64,000 bases of DNA from an uncultured Gammaproteobacteria bacterium (GCA_963759005.1 CAVWXQ010000023.1:63-64062); one strand, 5' to 3'. Positions 21,696 through 32,825 are shown, counted from the stretch's first letter. The notes: generated from the letters alone by a model not told the origin. Made by a program: numbers and translations.

Positions 21696-22546
21696 GCAGT
21701 TATATTCTTGATGTAACGGCTGAAAAGTTTAACGAAGCCGTGCTAAGTAATTCGCATAAAGGCCCGGTAATGGTGAACTACTGGGCGGAAAATGCCGGGC
21801 CGTGTTTACGCCTGTGGCCGGTACTGGAAAAGCTGGCGAAGGATTATAACGGCCAGTTTTTATTAGTGAACGTAGACACCAATAAAGAAAAACAGCTGGC
21901 GCATGACTGTGGTATTAACAGTGTGCCGACAGTGAAACTGTATATCAATGGTGAAGTGGTTGATCAGATACATGGTTACGAGTCACCTGACAGCTTTAAG
22001 AAAATGCTGGATAAATATCTTGCGCGTGAGTCAGATAAAGATTTAGCAGCAGCAGTGGCGCAATATCAAAATGGTAATAAAGAAGTAGCCTTCGAGCAAT
22101 TAAATAAACTGGTGTTTATTGATCCTGAAAATTCACGTATCCAGCTTGTTTTTGCAAAATTGTTGATGAAAGAAGAAGCCTATGAGCAGGCTTATGCATT
22201 ACTTGAAAAAACACCATTAAAAAATGAAAGTGAAGAAGCGGTAGTGTTAATGACGAATGCACTTTTTTTATCAACTGCACAGCAGGCACCAGAGCTGGAA
22301 GATCTTCATAAGCAGTTAAAAGACAGGCCTGAAGACCTGACTATGTTGTTTCAGCTCTGCAGCCGCAGAATGATGCAAAGCGATTTTTCTCAAGCAATGG
22401 CTGTTTTATTGCAAATTATTAAACTGGATTATTCATGGCGTGGCGGTATTGCCAGCTTATGCCTGCGTGGATTATTTATTATGTTAGGTAAAGAAAATCC
22501 ACTAGTTATTGAATATCGTCAGAAGTTAATCGATCAACAATCATAG
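21692..22546 (+). CDS. Thioredoxin-TPR chaperone (YbbN/CnoX-like)
   Basis: Trx domain with WAENAGPC (single Cys), SVPTV; TPR-like C-terminus ending EYRQKL. Confidence 0.85.
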   Translation: MSSYILDVTAEKFNEAVLSNSHKGPVMVNYWAENAGPCLRLWPVLEKLAKDYNGQFLLVNVDTNKEKQLAHDCGINSVPTVKLYINGEVVDQIHGYESPDSFKKMLDKYLARESDKDLAAAVAQYQNGNKEVAFEQLNKLVFIDPENSRIQLVFAKLLMKEEAYEQAYALLEKTPLKNESEEAVVLMTNALFLSTAQQAPELEDLHKQLKDRPEDLTMLFQLCSRRMMQSDFSQAMAVLLQIIKLDYSWRGGIASLCLRGLFIMLGKENPLVIEYRQKLIDQQS

Positions 22547-22560
22547 AAAAGATATTTATT

Positions 22561-22758
22561 ATCCACAGATGAACGCAGATGAACACAGATAAAAGCCTTA
22601 TCAGAAGTTTGTCATCTTGAGTGATAGCGAAAGATCTTGAGTTTGGTGTATAAATGCTATGCTGATAAAGATCCTTCACTATTGTTCAGGATGACAGAAA
22701 GTTATTAAAAAGTTATTATCTGTGTTCATCTATGTCGCATCTGTGTTCATCTGTGGAC
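22561..22758. repeat. CACAGATG-type inverted-repeat element (sister of family A) enclosing a GTCATC..GATGAC REP-like element
   Basis: atccacagatgaacgcagatgaacacagat ... atctgtgttcatctgtggac. Inner tgtcatcttgagtgatagcgaaagatct...agatccttcactattgttcaggatgaca at ~22610-22696. Confidence 0.85.
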
Positions 22759-22814
22759 AAATTGTTTTTATTTTTTAACATAAGGTATGTCATAAGCACA
22801 TTAATTACAAAACT

Positions 22815-23210
22815 ATGAAGCCACTAGAATTTTTAGCCGTAATGGCAGAAACGGCTAATAAGCTGGATCTTGATGCACACATGAATCTTATTTCAAAAGA
22901 TGTGAGTGTTTATGGTGTGCCTGATTTTGAAGTGATTACTTATGATGACTGGTTCAATCAGTGTAAGTATGAGTTCGACAATAAACTACTTAAAAAAGTC
23001 AGTTATCAAGGTTTAAATATCCTTGCCCAGACACCTGATCGTGTCATGTTTAAATCACTTGAAACGGTTGAGGGTAGTGATGGCAGTATTAATACCAACG
23101 GCATAGAGTTTATTATTCAAAAGGAAGAGGACGGGCAGTGGCGTGTAGGTCAGGAGCGTATCTTGCCTGCTGATGAGCTGGAAAGTGACAAACGTCGTGG
23201 TGCTTTGTAA
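22815..23210 (+). CDS. NTF2/SnoaL-like hypothetical protein
   Basis: 131 aa, ends EDGQWRV.QER, typical of NTF2-fold C-termini. Confidence 0.6.
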   Translation: MKPLEFLAVMAETANKLDLDAHMNLISKDVSVYGVPDFEVITYDDWFNQCKYEFDNKLLKKVSYQGLNILAQTPDRVMFKSLETVEGSDGSINTNGIEFIIQKEEDGQWRVGQERILPADELESDKRRGAL

Positions 23211-23293
23211 AACGTCTATGAGAAATTGAAGGTCAGCATATATTAAGGGTTGCCAGACAGCTAGCCATAAGCACCGGTTAAAAACTATTTTAG

Positions 23294-23374
23294 TCCACAG
23301 ATGGTCGCTCCTACACATCCATGAGCTTGCGACATTAGTGCTATCCCTGCACGTCAACGCAGATGAACACAGAT
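23294..23374 (+). repeat. Solo CACAGATG arm with a 52-bp insertion
   Basis: tccacagatg|gtcgctc...cacgtc|aacgcagatgaacacagat, versus the uninterrupted copy at 22562. Confidence 0.85.
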
Positions 23375-23385
23375 ATTTAAAAGCT

Positions 23386-26040
23386 TTAAGCTTTATCCTT
23401 GTTCATCTGCTTTTTGGTTTTACTGGTAGCCTGCGCAGTCAACGGATCTTCTGGCCAGTAGTGTCTTTTATATTTTCCACGTAGTTCTTTTTTTACTTCA
23501 TGATAGGTTGTTTGCCAGAAACTGTGTAAATCCTGTGTGACCTGCATAGGACGGCGGGCAGGTGATAACAGATGTATCATTAATTTACAGGATCCATTTA
23601 ATAATGTAGGTGTTTCGTATAAACCAAATATTTCCTGTAATCTGACTGCGAGTATCGGCATTAGTGGATCGCTGTAATCAATTCGAATGTTTGAACCACT
23701 GGGTACCGTTATTTTTTCAGGTGCCAGTTTGTTGATTAATTGCTGTTGTTCCCAGCTAAGTTGATTTAATAGCAGTTTAAACATGTCCAGTTTCTGACAT
23801 TGTTTGATACTGTTTTCGTTTTTTAGATACGGTTGTAACCATTCAGTCAACGTATTTAACAGGGTTGAATCTGAAAAATCGGGGATATTTATGTCACTCA
23901 GTGATTTGTTTGAAACAGACTTATTACAACTCTGCTGATTAATAAACTGCAGACGCTGCTTAAGATTCATTGCCTGTGGCGACCAGTTAAAGCATTGCAG
24001 TCCAATGGTTTTGATTGCCGACAACAGGCATTGCTGTATTTCTTCTTTTTTCTCGGAGCTTAAAGGTGTTTCTTTCAGGACAATCTTTCCAATACCTGTT
24101 GTCTGCTTAGCTTCAACACGCTGCAGTGAGTCATTCCACTTAACATGCTCAGTTTGTTGTATCAGTTCTGGAAAATAATCATCTAGCTGCTGCTGGCTAA
24201 TTTCGGCCGCAAGGTAAATACTGGCTTCGCCCTGTCTTGCTTTATCTGGCATAGTGTTAAGATTTGCAATAACAAGAAATTCAGCAGGGTGTTGTTGTAG
24301 ATGTGGCGGTATTACCGCACCTTTTCCGTTGCTGAGCAAATAACGCGATTCATTTTTAAAACGCTGTTTTGCAATTCTGTCAGGGTAGGCGTGTGCCAGG
24401 AGGATGCCACTCACATCATTATCCAGTTTATTATGATAACGAATGTTTGAACTTTTTTTCTGTAATCGTTTAAAAAAATCATCAGCCGTTTTTATTATGC
24501 GCCTGCATTGCTGGACATCAATATCTAGCATCTGAGAATTTTTATTTGCAGTGAGATAAAAAGTCTGTAATATATTTAACCTGTGCTGAATGTCGATACT
24601 TTTTAGTGCGGCAGGCAGGAACAGGTCTTTCTCGGTAAGTATGCTGGCAATAAGGCAGGCATGATATCCCAGCTTCAAATTATCGTCGAAATTACTGTGG
24701 AATTTATCGTTTACCCTGGCGGCAGATAACATCATATGAGCCAGGCGTGGATGGGTGCCGAGTCTTAGCATATCCTGACCATGAGAGGTTATTTTTCCAT
24801 CACTGCCTAAAGCATTTAGTTGCTGTAATAGAGCTTTCGCCTGTGCGACAGCGCTTGCTGGTGGTGTGTCCAGCCATTGCAGCTCATCGATTTGTACAAC
24901 CCCCCAGTTTGCCAGTTCCAATACCAGGTTTGATAAATCACTGTGTAAGATTTCTGCGACTGCATGTTTAATTAAGCGTTGCTGTTGTTGCGTCGTCCAT
25001 AAACGGTAACAGATACCTGCAGACAGGCGTCCGGCGCGGCCGCTACGCTGCCGTGCTGAATCTTGTGAGATGTATTGTGTTTTCAGAGAATTCATGCCGG
25101 AAGCAGGGTTATATTCTGCTACGCGTTCCAGTCCTGAGTCGATTACACAGTTAATGCCTTCAATCGTTAAACTGGTTTCAGCGATATTGGTAGCTAACAC
25201 AATTTTTCGTTTATCAGCAGCCGGTGAAGCAATTGCCTGATCCTGTTGATGTTTAGTTAAGTTCCCATGCAACGGGGCAAGAAGAATGTTTTGAATATTC
25301 TCTGTTTTAATGTATTGCTGTATGTGACTGCATAGCTGGTTTATTTCTTTGACACCTGGCAGAAAGACCAGGCAATTACCTTCATGTTTTTGGATGACGT
25401 GTTTCACCGAATCGAATAACGTTGAAATAAGTTGTAAATGCCTGTTTTGTTTTGTCTGTTTTATAAGTTTGTCAGCATATTGAATAGCAACCGGAAAACT
25501 TCTGCCTTCACTTGAAATAACAGGTGCATGGTTTAATAGCGCAGAGATGCTTTTGGTGTTAAGCGTTGCCGACATGAGCAGAACTTTTAAATCCTGGCGC
25601 AGTATTTGCTGACTCTGCAAACATAAGGCCAGTGATAAATCAGCATGTAAATTGCGTTCGTGAAACTCATCGAAAATGACTAATGCAGTATTTGCTAATT
25701 CTGGATCAGCCTGTAATCGTCGCGTTAAGATACCTTCTGTGAGAACAAGTATTCTGGTTTTCTGGCTATAACATTTATCCTGTCGAATCTGGTAGCCAAC
25801 CGTTTCTCCGACTTTTTCATTTAACAAAAAAGCCATACGTGATGCAGCGTTACGCGCGGCCAGTCTTCTAGGTTCAAGTATGATAATTTGTCTACCGCGT
25901 AACCAGGGCTGATCGAGTAATGCGATTGGCACCGCAGTGGTTTTACCTGCGCCCGGCGGAGCCTGGAGTACAACGCGGTTGTGTAACTTTAGTGTGTTTT
26001 TAATCTCAGGTAAAACGTCATCTATTGGCAGTTTGTGCAT
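23386..26040 (-). CDS. hrpB: ATP-dependent helicase HrpB
   Basis: APPGAGKTT, DEFHER, MSAT, QRSGRAGR, LSPARRP.QVTQDL..FW..Y..VKKELRGKYKRHYWP. Probable start MHKLPID at 26040. Confidence 0.95.
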   Translation of the reverse strand: MHKLPIDDVLPEIKNTLKLHNRVVLQAPPGAGKTTAVPIALLDQPWLRGRQIIILEPRRLAARNAASRMAFLLNEKVGETVGYQIRQDKCYSQKTRILVLTEGILTRRLQADPELANTALVIFDEFHERNLHADLSLALCLQSQQILRQDLKVLLMSATLNTKSISALLNHAPVISSEGRSFPVAIQYADKLIKQTKQNRHLQLISTLFDSVKHVIQKHEGNCLVFLPGVKEINQLCSHIQQYIKTENIQNILLAPLHGNLTKHQQDQAIASPAADKRKIVLATNIAETSLTIEGINCVIDSGLERVAEYNPASGMNSLKTQYISQDSARQRSGRAGRLSAGICYRLWTTQQQQRLIKHAVAEILHSDLSNLVLELANWGVVQIDELQWLDTPPASAVAQAKALLQQLNALGSDGKITSHGQDMLRLGTHPRLAHMMLSAARVNDKFHSNFDDNLKLGYHACLIASILTEKDLFLPAALKSIDIQHRLNILQTFYLTANKNSQMLDIDVQQCRRIIKTADDFFKRLQKKSSNIRYHNKLDNDVSGILLAHAYPDRIAKQRFKNESRYLLSNGKGAVIPPHLQQHPAEFLVIANLNTMPDKARQGEASIYLAAEISQQQLDDYFPELIQQTEHVKWNDSLQRVEAKQTTGIGKIVLKETPLSSEKKEEIQQCLLSAIKTIGLQCFNWSPQAMNLKQRLQFINQQSCNKSVSNKSLSDINIPDFSDSTLLNTLTEWLQPYLKNENSIKQCQKLDMFKLLLNQLSWEQQQLINKLAPEKITVPSGSNIRIDYSDPLMPILAVRLQEIFGLYETPTLLNGSCKLMIHLLSPARRPMQVTQDLHSFWQTTYHEVKKELRGKYKRHYWPEDPLTAQATSKTKKQMNKDKA

Positions 26041-26365
26041 GAGGGCATTATATCTGGATATAGTGAAGCAGGTCGTTGTTATATCTATTCCAGGATGAAG
26101 ATCAACCATAAGTTCACTCAAGCTGGATGACAGGAAAACTGAACAGAGACTTCGTTCCTGAAATACTATTTGTTTTACCGAAAATGACGCACTAAAATGC
26201 CGGGAGCATTATGAACGTACGCTAGTACGGTCCGAAGGACGTAGTGCAGGAGGCCGGTAGTAAACAGCGCATAGAAACGCAATTACTGTCATCGCGTTTA
26301 TCGTAAAATGAATCTGAGTTTGAAAATTTTCAAGCTATTGTGCTCAGGTAGAGAAAAGATGATGC

Positions 26366-26503
26366 TTAAGGGCTAAAAATATGGTTCTCGATTTGACGAT
26401 ACATTAAATCGGCTGATCCAGAGGTGACAGCCACAATATTTAGAACAATGCATATCGAAGATGCTGCAAGCGCAAGTAGAATACGTTTTTTTGAATTAAT
26501 CAT
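26366..26503 (-). CDS. Putative 45-aa membrane/secreted peptide
   Basis: Strong RBS aaggag; MINSKKRILLALAASSICIVLNIVAVTSG... Confidence 0.35.
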   Translation of the reverse strand: MINSKKRILLALAASSICIVLNIVAVTSGSADLMYRQIENHIFSP

Positions 26504-26534
26504 TCTATATCTCCTTATCAAATTTTCGTTATAG

Positions 26535-26929
26535 CTAGCCCGGATATTTCATAGGAACGCTGCTAATCTTTCTTAACACTATGATTATTATAAGAAATAG
26601 CAGTATAGTTAGAGAAGTACACTATGTGCCTGACAACGCTCGGCAATTGCTCCTGCATTGCCCTACTACCTGCCATCCATGGCAGTATATGCAGTTTTTG
26701 GAGAAATATAAGCGGCCCCATGATTAATTTATATTGGGTACGAATCCCCTGTAACCATAGTTACGGCTATGCTTTAATTACGGGCGTCCTGCCCTTTACC
26801 CTACGGGCTCACTACGCTCATGTAAAATCGTTGCTACGATTTTATCGGCGAATCGTACAAACTGACTCACTGACCGATTTTATAAAATATGACCCCATTG
26901 TCTACATTCCTATGAAATATCCGGGCTAG
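26535..26929. mobile_element. MITE family C, complete copy
   Basis: Perfect ~23-bp TIRs ctagcccggatatttcataggaa / ttcctatgaaatatccgggctag; second copy at 30704. Confidence 0.88.
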
Positions 26930-27012
26930 TTGTTTTCTATGTGGAGCCCTATTATTGAGAAATAAACTACCCGCAGTAAGAAGCGGGGAATCGAATCCTC
27001 AGAAAATGAAAA

Positions 27013-27417
27013 TCAGCGTTTTAATAAGCCACATTTAATATTCGCGTTACTCGAAAGCTTAAGGTGTTGCATTAGTACATTTATTTCCAGAAGCTGATCA
27101 AAATCAGGATTTAGAAATTTAACGCCAATTTTTTTATGTGTTGAGGAGTAATTCTCATCTTGCCAGCTTTGTTCCGCATTCAACACGGTATGAAGCTGAT
27201 CACTGTCTTCAGGAGACATAATCAGTAGACTAAAAGCTCCGCATGGTGCGGACTGGTTTTTAGGGATAAGAACAGAGCATTCGTTTCGACTTAGATCAGA
27301 TAATTCACAATTTGCATTTATTTTACCGAACAACCAGGCAGAGAAAAGATCAATATTAAACAACTTATCACTGCAATCATAAAACTCATTTGCTGTACCA
27401 GTCATAGCTTTCACCAT
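27013..27417 (-). CDS. PilZ-like hypothetical protein
   Basis: LSDLSRNEC (DxSxxG-like) and KIGVKF pattern; RxxxR motif not evident. Confidence 0.45.
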   Translation of the reverse strand: MVKAMTGTANEFYDCSDKLFNIDLFSAWLFGKINANCELSDLSRNECSVLIPKNQSAPCGAFSLLIMSPEDSDQLHTVLNAEQSWQDENYSSTHKKIGVKFLNPDFDQLLEINVLMQHLKLSSNANIKCGLLKR

Positions 27418-27692
27418 TAGTAAGTTAATGTCACATAATAATGATTACACTATTAGGTTTAGGAATAGTGACAGTTTTGTTAAGTTTTTATGATAATACG
27501 AAGTGAATTGCGGCTAAAAGCGCGCCGACCTGCAGGATTATTTATCTGGTTCACAGGCTGGGAGCGTGGGAACGATTTTAGCTTAGCAGGGAAACCATAT
27601 TATATATTCTAAAATACAGTTGCTCTCTGCCCCTGTTTATACTTATAGTGTCCTATGTTTGTAGCTTAAAGAGTCTTTTAGTTAAGAAAATA

Positions 27693-28577
27693 ATGACCAG
27701 TTCGCGCGTTCGTTTTGTGTTAGATAATCCATGGCAGTTTACCAGGCGGGTTTTCGCCGGGTTTAGTGCTAATCAGGGTTTTCTGCTTTCAGGTGCGGTG
27801 GCTTATTACACTTTGCTGACCATTGTGCCAATGTTCGCCCTCATTTTGGCCGCACTTTCACAATTTCAGGATACACAGGCATTACTTGGTACGCTGCGAG
27901 AATACCTGATGTTAATTTCACCGGGGCAGGCTGATGTACTGACTGATCAAATTAGTGCCTTTCTGGATAACTGGAAAGTTGTCGGTTTAACAGGTATTAT
28001 TATTTTACTTTTTTTCAGTTCGTTTGCTTTTACTTCACTGGAAAATGCTATGTCGGTTATTTTTTTTCATCGTGTAGCAATCCAGCGTCGGCATTTTTTG
28101 ATCTCGGCAGTAATTCCTTATTGTTATATCCTGTTATTGGGGGTGGGCATGTTCCTGGTTAGTACTGTCAGTGGCAGCCTGCATTCACTCGATGCCAGAT
28201 CGATGACGGTGATGGGATACTATTGGTCAATGAGTGGTATAGAAACGGTTGTGGTTTACCTACTGGGTATTATTGGTGAAATTCTGTTACTAACTTCAAT
28301 CTATCTGGTTATGCCAGTTGGCAAACTGTCACTACGCCATGCCTTAATTGGTGGTGTAACAGCGGCTTTGTTATGGGAGATAACAAGACATGTCCTGGTC
28401 TGGTATTTTTCGACGCTGTCTCTGGTAAATGTGGTATACGGTGCTTTTGCTACCGTAATTATCATCCTGCTCAGCCTGGAAGCTGGTGCCATTATCCTGC
28501 TCCTGGGTGCCCAGGTAATTGCTGAATATGAACGCATTGGTAGCAAATCTACAACCCGGCATGGCTTACAAACCTGA
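27693..28577 (+). CDS. YihY/virulence factor BrkB family membrane protein
   Basis: GAVAYYTLL, VYGAFAT, LLGAQ; multiple TM segments. Confidence 0.9.
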   Translation: MTSSRVRFVLDNPWQFTRRVFAGFSANQGFLLSGAVAYYTLLTIVPMFALILAALSQFQDTQALLGTLREYLMLISPGQADVLTDQISAFLDNWKVVGLTGIIILLFFSSFAFTSLENAMSVIFFHRVAIQRRHFLISAVIPYCYILLLGVGMFLVSTVSGSLHSLDARSMTVMGYYWSMSGIETVVVYLLGIIGEILLLTSIYLVMPVGKLSLRHALIGGVTAALLWEITRHVLVWYFSTLSLVNVVYGAFATVIIILLSLEAGAIILLLGAQVIAEYERIGSKSTTRHGLQT

Positions 28578-28634
28578 TTAACTGACGGGGCATTAACGGC
28601 CCTTAGCGCCAGTTCAAAAACAAGTCAAAAACGA

Positions 28635-28770
28635 TTCACCACAGAGCGCACAGAGCGACGAACAAAGAAAAACATTAATATATTTTAGCATTGTGAGCTA
28701 TGCCTGCCTAGGCTCAAGCTTTAACACATAAAAATTCTTTCTTTGCGTTCTCTGCGTCCTTTGTGGCTAA
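28635..28770. repeat. Degenerate family A inverted-repeat element
   Basis: ttcaccacagagcgcacagag ... ctctgcgtcctttgtggctaa. Confidence 0.75.
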
Positions 28771-28856
28771 AATTTTTTTAATGTTTTTGGCTGTACCACT
28801 GTGGGTCAACATCGACAGTTTTTAGGGTTTATGCCTTCATGTTTTTTACTGACGAA

Positions 28857-30269
28857 TTAACCACGAATAATTTTGACTCGAAATGAACGACCCTTTAATT
28901 TTCCTTCAGTTAATTTTTTCAGCGCAGGTTTAATAACATTCTGACTAACTGCGACAAAAGCTCGATTATCAAAGATATGAATTTTCCCGACCTGTTTTCC
29001 TGTGATACCGTTTTTTCCGGTTAAGGCGCCCAGAATATCACCCGGTCGCAGTTTCTGTTTTTTACCTGCATCAATGAGCAGGGTTGCCATTAAAGGTTTA
29101 GTCGGTGATTCGTCTAATAACGTGTGTGGCGGCAGGGTTTCGCTGTTTATAATCCTGTCTAAATAATCACCCAGTAAGGCGACTTTATAGTGTTCTTTAT
29201 CGCTGTATAAAGAACACGCAATGCCTTTGCTACCTGCACGGCCGGTGCGACCGATACGATGAACATGGACTTCAGTATCGCGCGCAATGTGGTAGTTGAT
29301 GACCAGGTCAATGGCGTTTATGTCCAGCCCGCGTGCGGCGACATCGGTAGCAACCAGCACCGAGATACTTTTGTTGGCAAACCGTACTAGCGTTTGATCA
29401 CGATCTCTTTGCTCAAGGTCTCCGTGCAGGGCTAGCACGCTGAAGCCATAATCAGTAAGCTTGTCAGCAATTTGCTGAACTTCACGTTTGGTATTACAAA
29501 ATACTACAGTGGATTCCGGGTGATATTTCAATAACAATAGCCGCAGGGCGGTCAGGCGTTGCTGGTCATCATCTACCTTATAAAAATGTTGCTTTATTAT
29601 GGTTTCATCATGGCTGGAGCTTACTTGTGCAAGAACCGGGTTTACCATGATGTTTTTGGCAATCGACTTTATCTGAGCGGGAAAGGTTGCACTAAATAAC
29701 AGGGTTTGGCGTTGCTGTGGTGTTTGTTCAATGATTGCATCCAGCGCAGATTGAAAACCCATCTCAAGCATACGGTCGGCTTCATCAAGTACCAGTATAT
29801 TTAAATGATTCAGCTTTAACGTGGTTTTGCGTAAGTGTTCTTCGATTCGCCCGGGCGTGCCGACAATTATGTGAGCGCCGTGCTCAAGTGAACCAATTTG
29901 CGGTCCGAAGGGCATACCACCACATAATGTTAAAACTTTAATGTTATGGATGCGTCGAGCCAGTTTACGAATCTCTTTAGCCACCTGATCGGCAAGTTCA
30001 CGGGTAGGACAAAGCACCAGAGATTGTACGCGAAAATGTTTTACCTCAAGCTTTTCCAGCAGGCCAAGGCCAAATGCAGCTGTTTTCCCTGAGCCGGTTT
30101 TACCCTGAGCAATCACATCTTTGCCCGCCAGAATGGGCGGCAAGCTCTGCATTTGTATAGCTGTCATCGCGTTATAACCAAGAGAGGACAAATTTTTCAG
30201 CAGATCGGCGTTTAAATTAAGCGATGAAAAGGCGGTTTCAGTCAAAGAGTCTAGTGTGGTTGTAGTCAT
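28857..30269 (-). CDS. dbpA: ATP-dependent RNA helicase DbpA
   Basis: GKTGSGKT, DEAD, HRIGRTGR, C-terminal KLRPGDILGAL RNA-binding domain. Confidence 0.95.
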   Translation of the reverse strand: MTTTTLDSLTETAFSSLNLNADLLKNLSSLGYNAMTAIQMQSLPPILAGKDVIAQGKTGSGKTAAFGLGLLEKLEVKHFRVQSLVLCPTRELADQVAKEIRKLARRIHNIKVLTLCGGMPFGPQIGSLEHGAHIIVGTPGRIEEHLRKTTLKLNHLNILVLDEADRMLEMGFQSALDAIIEQTPQQRQTLLFSATFPAQIKSIAKNIMVNPVLAQVSSSHDETIIKQHFYKVDDDQQRLTALRLLLLKYHPESTVVFCNTKREVQQIADKLTDYGFSVLALHGDLEQRDRDQTLVRFANKSISVLVATDVAARGLDINAIDLVINYHIARDTEVHVHRIGRTGRAGSKGIACSLYSDKEHYKVALLGDYLDRIINSETLPPHTLLDESPTKPLMATLLIDAGKKQKLRPGDILGALTGKNGITGKQVGKIHIFDNRAFVAVSQNVIKPALKKLTEGKLKGRSFRVKIIRG

Positions 30270-30429
30270 CAGGTGTTTTTTCAGCGAAGAGGATTATATA
30301 AATCCTGTTTATTTTCCTAGGGCAACTCTGATTAAGTATCATTAATTAGAGTTACCCTGGATTTAAGTATACAATGAATTAGAGAATGTCTGATTAACTT
30401 AATCAACTTCCAGCTAAGAGATATCTTCA

Positions 30430-30696
30430 ATGAGTGATCAAAAAATAGATGTACGTGTTACTGAAACAGACCATATTATGCCCGTAACGGTTTTCAGTAA
30501 ACGCCCGGACAAAATTGAGGTTGTATTAGGTGAGGGCGTGCATAGTGTGAAATGCGAACTCACAGTTACCGCAAATGGTAATGCTTATGCGGGTTCTGCC
30601 ATGGGGCGTGAAATTGTGTATGAGCGAAGCCGTGAAGATGTGGTGGCAGACATAACCCTGGAAAACCATGACTACCGGGATTCAAGGCGGCGATAG
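30430..30696 (+). CDS. Hypothetical protein
   Basis: 88-aa ORF with plausible RBS and protein-like composition. Confidence 0.6.
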   Translation: MSDQKIDVRVTETDHIMPVTVFSKRPDKIEVVLGEGVHSVKCELTVTANGNAYAGSAMGREIVYERSREDVVADITLENHDYRDSRRR

Positions 30697-30703
30697 ATGT
30701 CAT

Positions 30704-31104
30704 TAACCCGGATATTTCATAGGAATGCAGACAATGGGGTCATATTTTATAAAATCGGTCAGCGAGTCAGGTCGATGTGATGCTCCTGCAAAATCGACAC
30801 TTCCGACATCCGTGGCGGTCGTTTGTTCGATTCGCCGATAAAATTGTAGGAACGATTTTACATGAGCGAAGCGAGCCCGTAGGATGAAGGGCAAGAAGCC
30901 AGTAATTAAAGCATAGCCATTCGGCACACCGCTTCGCTGCTCCATGCATTGCCCTACTACCGTACTTCCTGTACATAAGCTATGGTTACAGGTGAATCGG
31001 CTAAAATGGCCGTTTAGATTTTTCCAAAAACTGCATAGTGGTCACGGGTGCTAGTGTTCTTTGCTAATATACAAATATTCCTCAATATAATTATAGATGT
31101 TAAG
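30704..31104. mobile_element. MITE family C, inverted copy lacking one TIR and carrying two internal insertions
   Basis: taacccggatatttcataggaatgcagacaatggggtc... is colinear with the reverse complement of 26535-26929. Confidence 0.8.
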
Positions 31105-31134
31105 CTGTATTTTCAGAGCAACCTAATGGTGCAT

Positions 31135-32029
31135 CTATTTCGGGGCCGCATATGAGTTTGGCTGCGTGTTATCAGAATAATCCATCATAATTTCAACGCG
31201 TCTATTTTTAGAACGACCGACTGAGGTTTCGTTCGAGTCTACCGGTTGGGTTTCTGCGTATGCTGCAATCTTGAATTTTTTATCTCGAAGCGCACTGGTT
31301 TTTACCAGTTCATGAATCACACTGACCGCCCTGGATGATGATAACTCCCAGTTAGAACGAAATCGATAGGTTTTAATAGGAATATTATCGGTATGTCCCG
31401 ATACAACAATAATCCCCGTCGAAGTTTCTGAAAACTTCACTTATTTTGTCAACGATAGTTTTAAATGGTTTGATTATATCTGCACTACCTGAAGGAAAAG
31501 AACCTTTTTCTCTGACCCTTAGAATAATGCTTTTTTCAGTCACCTCAAGATCGACTGTACCTTCTTTTATTTCTTTATCTAAAGCTTCACGTACTAACGC
31601 ACTGTCTTTTTCTATGCGTTCCATTTGCTTAATTTCTTCTTCACTTAAGGTGACATTAGCTTCTGCCTTCTTATCTTGATTTTCCTGTCCCTGTTTCGAT
31701 GGATCGGTAAAAACTGGATGCAATTTACTTTCATCCGTAGTCATTTGACGTACTTCGTTAATGGCTGTCGGTTGTGGACGACCCGGGCTAAATTCACGCG
31801 CAATAATGTTGATACCTCGCGGTGTTTCCTTCGCCTTAATTTCACGTTGCACACCAAAAGCATCTTTTAAAGAACCGGCTAACTCCTTGTATACGGCCTT
31901 ATCCATTTCTGAAAAGGAAAACAACAAAACAAAAAAGGCAAGTAGTAGCGACATTAAATCTGCAAATGTCATTACCCAGGCTGGTATACCCTCGGGACAT
32001 TTATGTACAGCATCGCCTGCGTCACTCAT
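31135..32029 (-). CDS. motB: Flagellar stator MotB/PomB (frameshift near 31420)
   Basis: WVMTFADLMSLLL in the upstream frame; OmpA-like GHTDN, NWELSSSRA, NRRVEI in the downstream frame. Confidence 0.88.
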
Positions 32030-32042
32030 AATGTTTTACCTG

Positions 32043-32825
32043 CTACGCTGCTTCTGCAGTGCTTTCTTTTTCTTTAGATTTCTTGTTGTCGTTGTCGGAT
32101 AAATATATGCTCAGCAAACCCTCTATCATGCGTGGATTCAAGCCTTCCTGTATTGCACTGATACTCTCTAGAATCATTGATTTACTTAAGCGTTCTTCGT
32201 TACTGCGCAGCGCCAGTTTGTCGGCAATAGGTAAAGCAATGACATTAGCGATGACCGCGCCATACAGGGTAGTAAGTAGTGCTACCGCCATCGCAGGGCC
32301 AATTGATTTGGGATCACTCATGTTCGACATCATCTGTACCAGGCCAATCAGCGTACCAATCATGCCCATGGCAGGTGCAACATCACCGATCGCTTTAAAA
32401 ATACTCAGACCCGTTTCGTTGCGTTCAATAGAAAGACTAATTTCTCTGGAAAGAATTTTGTGAACAAGTTCAGGCGGGTTGCCATCGACCACCATACTGA
32501 TACCCTTGGCAAGAAACTCGTTTTTCACCTCAACGTTTTCCAGGCCAAGAAGACCTTCTTTTCTGGCTACATTCGCTAACTCAACGCTTTGCTCAATAAT
32601 CTCGCGAGGTTGTTGTGTTTTGTGAATAAAGGCCTTCAGCGCAACGCCAAAAGCCCCTAGCATATTAGTGAGCGAAAATTTCATCATAACGACAGCGATG
32701 CTACCTCCTATGACGATCATAATGCTTGGCGCATTGACAAACATGCCCATCTCACCACCCATCATAATGGCTGCAATAATACAGCTTATAGCACCAACAA
32801 CACCGATAAGAGTCGCTAAATCCAC
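32043..32825 (-). CDS. pomA: Flagellar stator PomA/MotA
   Basis: DLATLIG, ARKEGLLGLE, APAMGMIGTLIGLV, GPAMAVALLTTLYG. Confidence 0.9.
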   Translation of the reverse strand: MDLATLIGVVGAISCIIAAIMMGGEMGMFVNAPSIMIVIGGSIAVVMMKFSLTNMLGAFGVALKAFIHKTQQPREIIEQSVELANVARKEGLLGLENVEVKNEFLAKGISMVVDGNPPELVHKILSREISLSIERNETGLSIFKAIGDVAPAMGMIGTLIGLVQMMSNMSDPKSIGPAMAVALLTTLYGAVIANVIALPIADKLALRSNEERLSKSMILESISAIQEGLNPRMIEGLLSIYLSDNDNKKSKEKESTAEAA

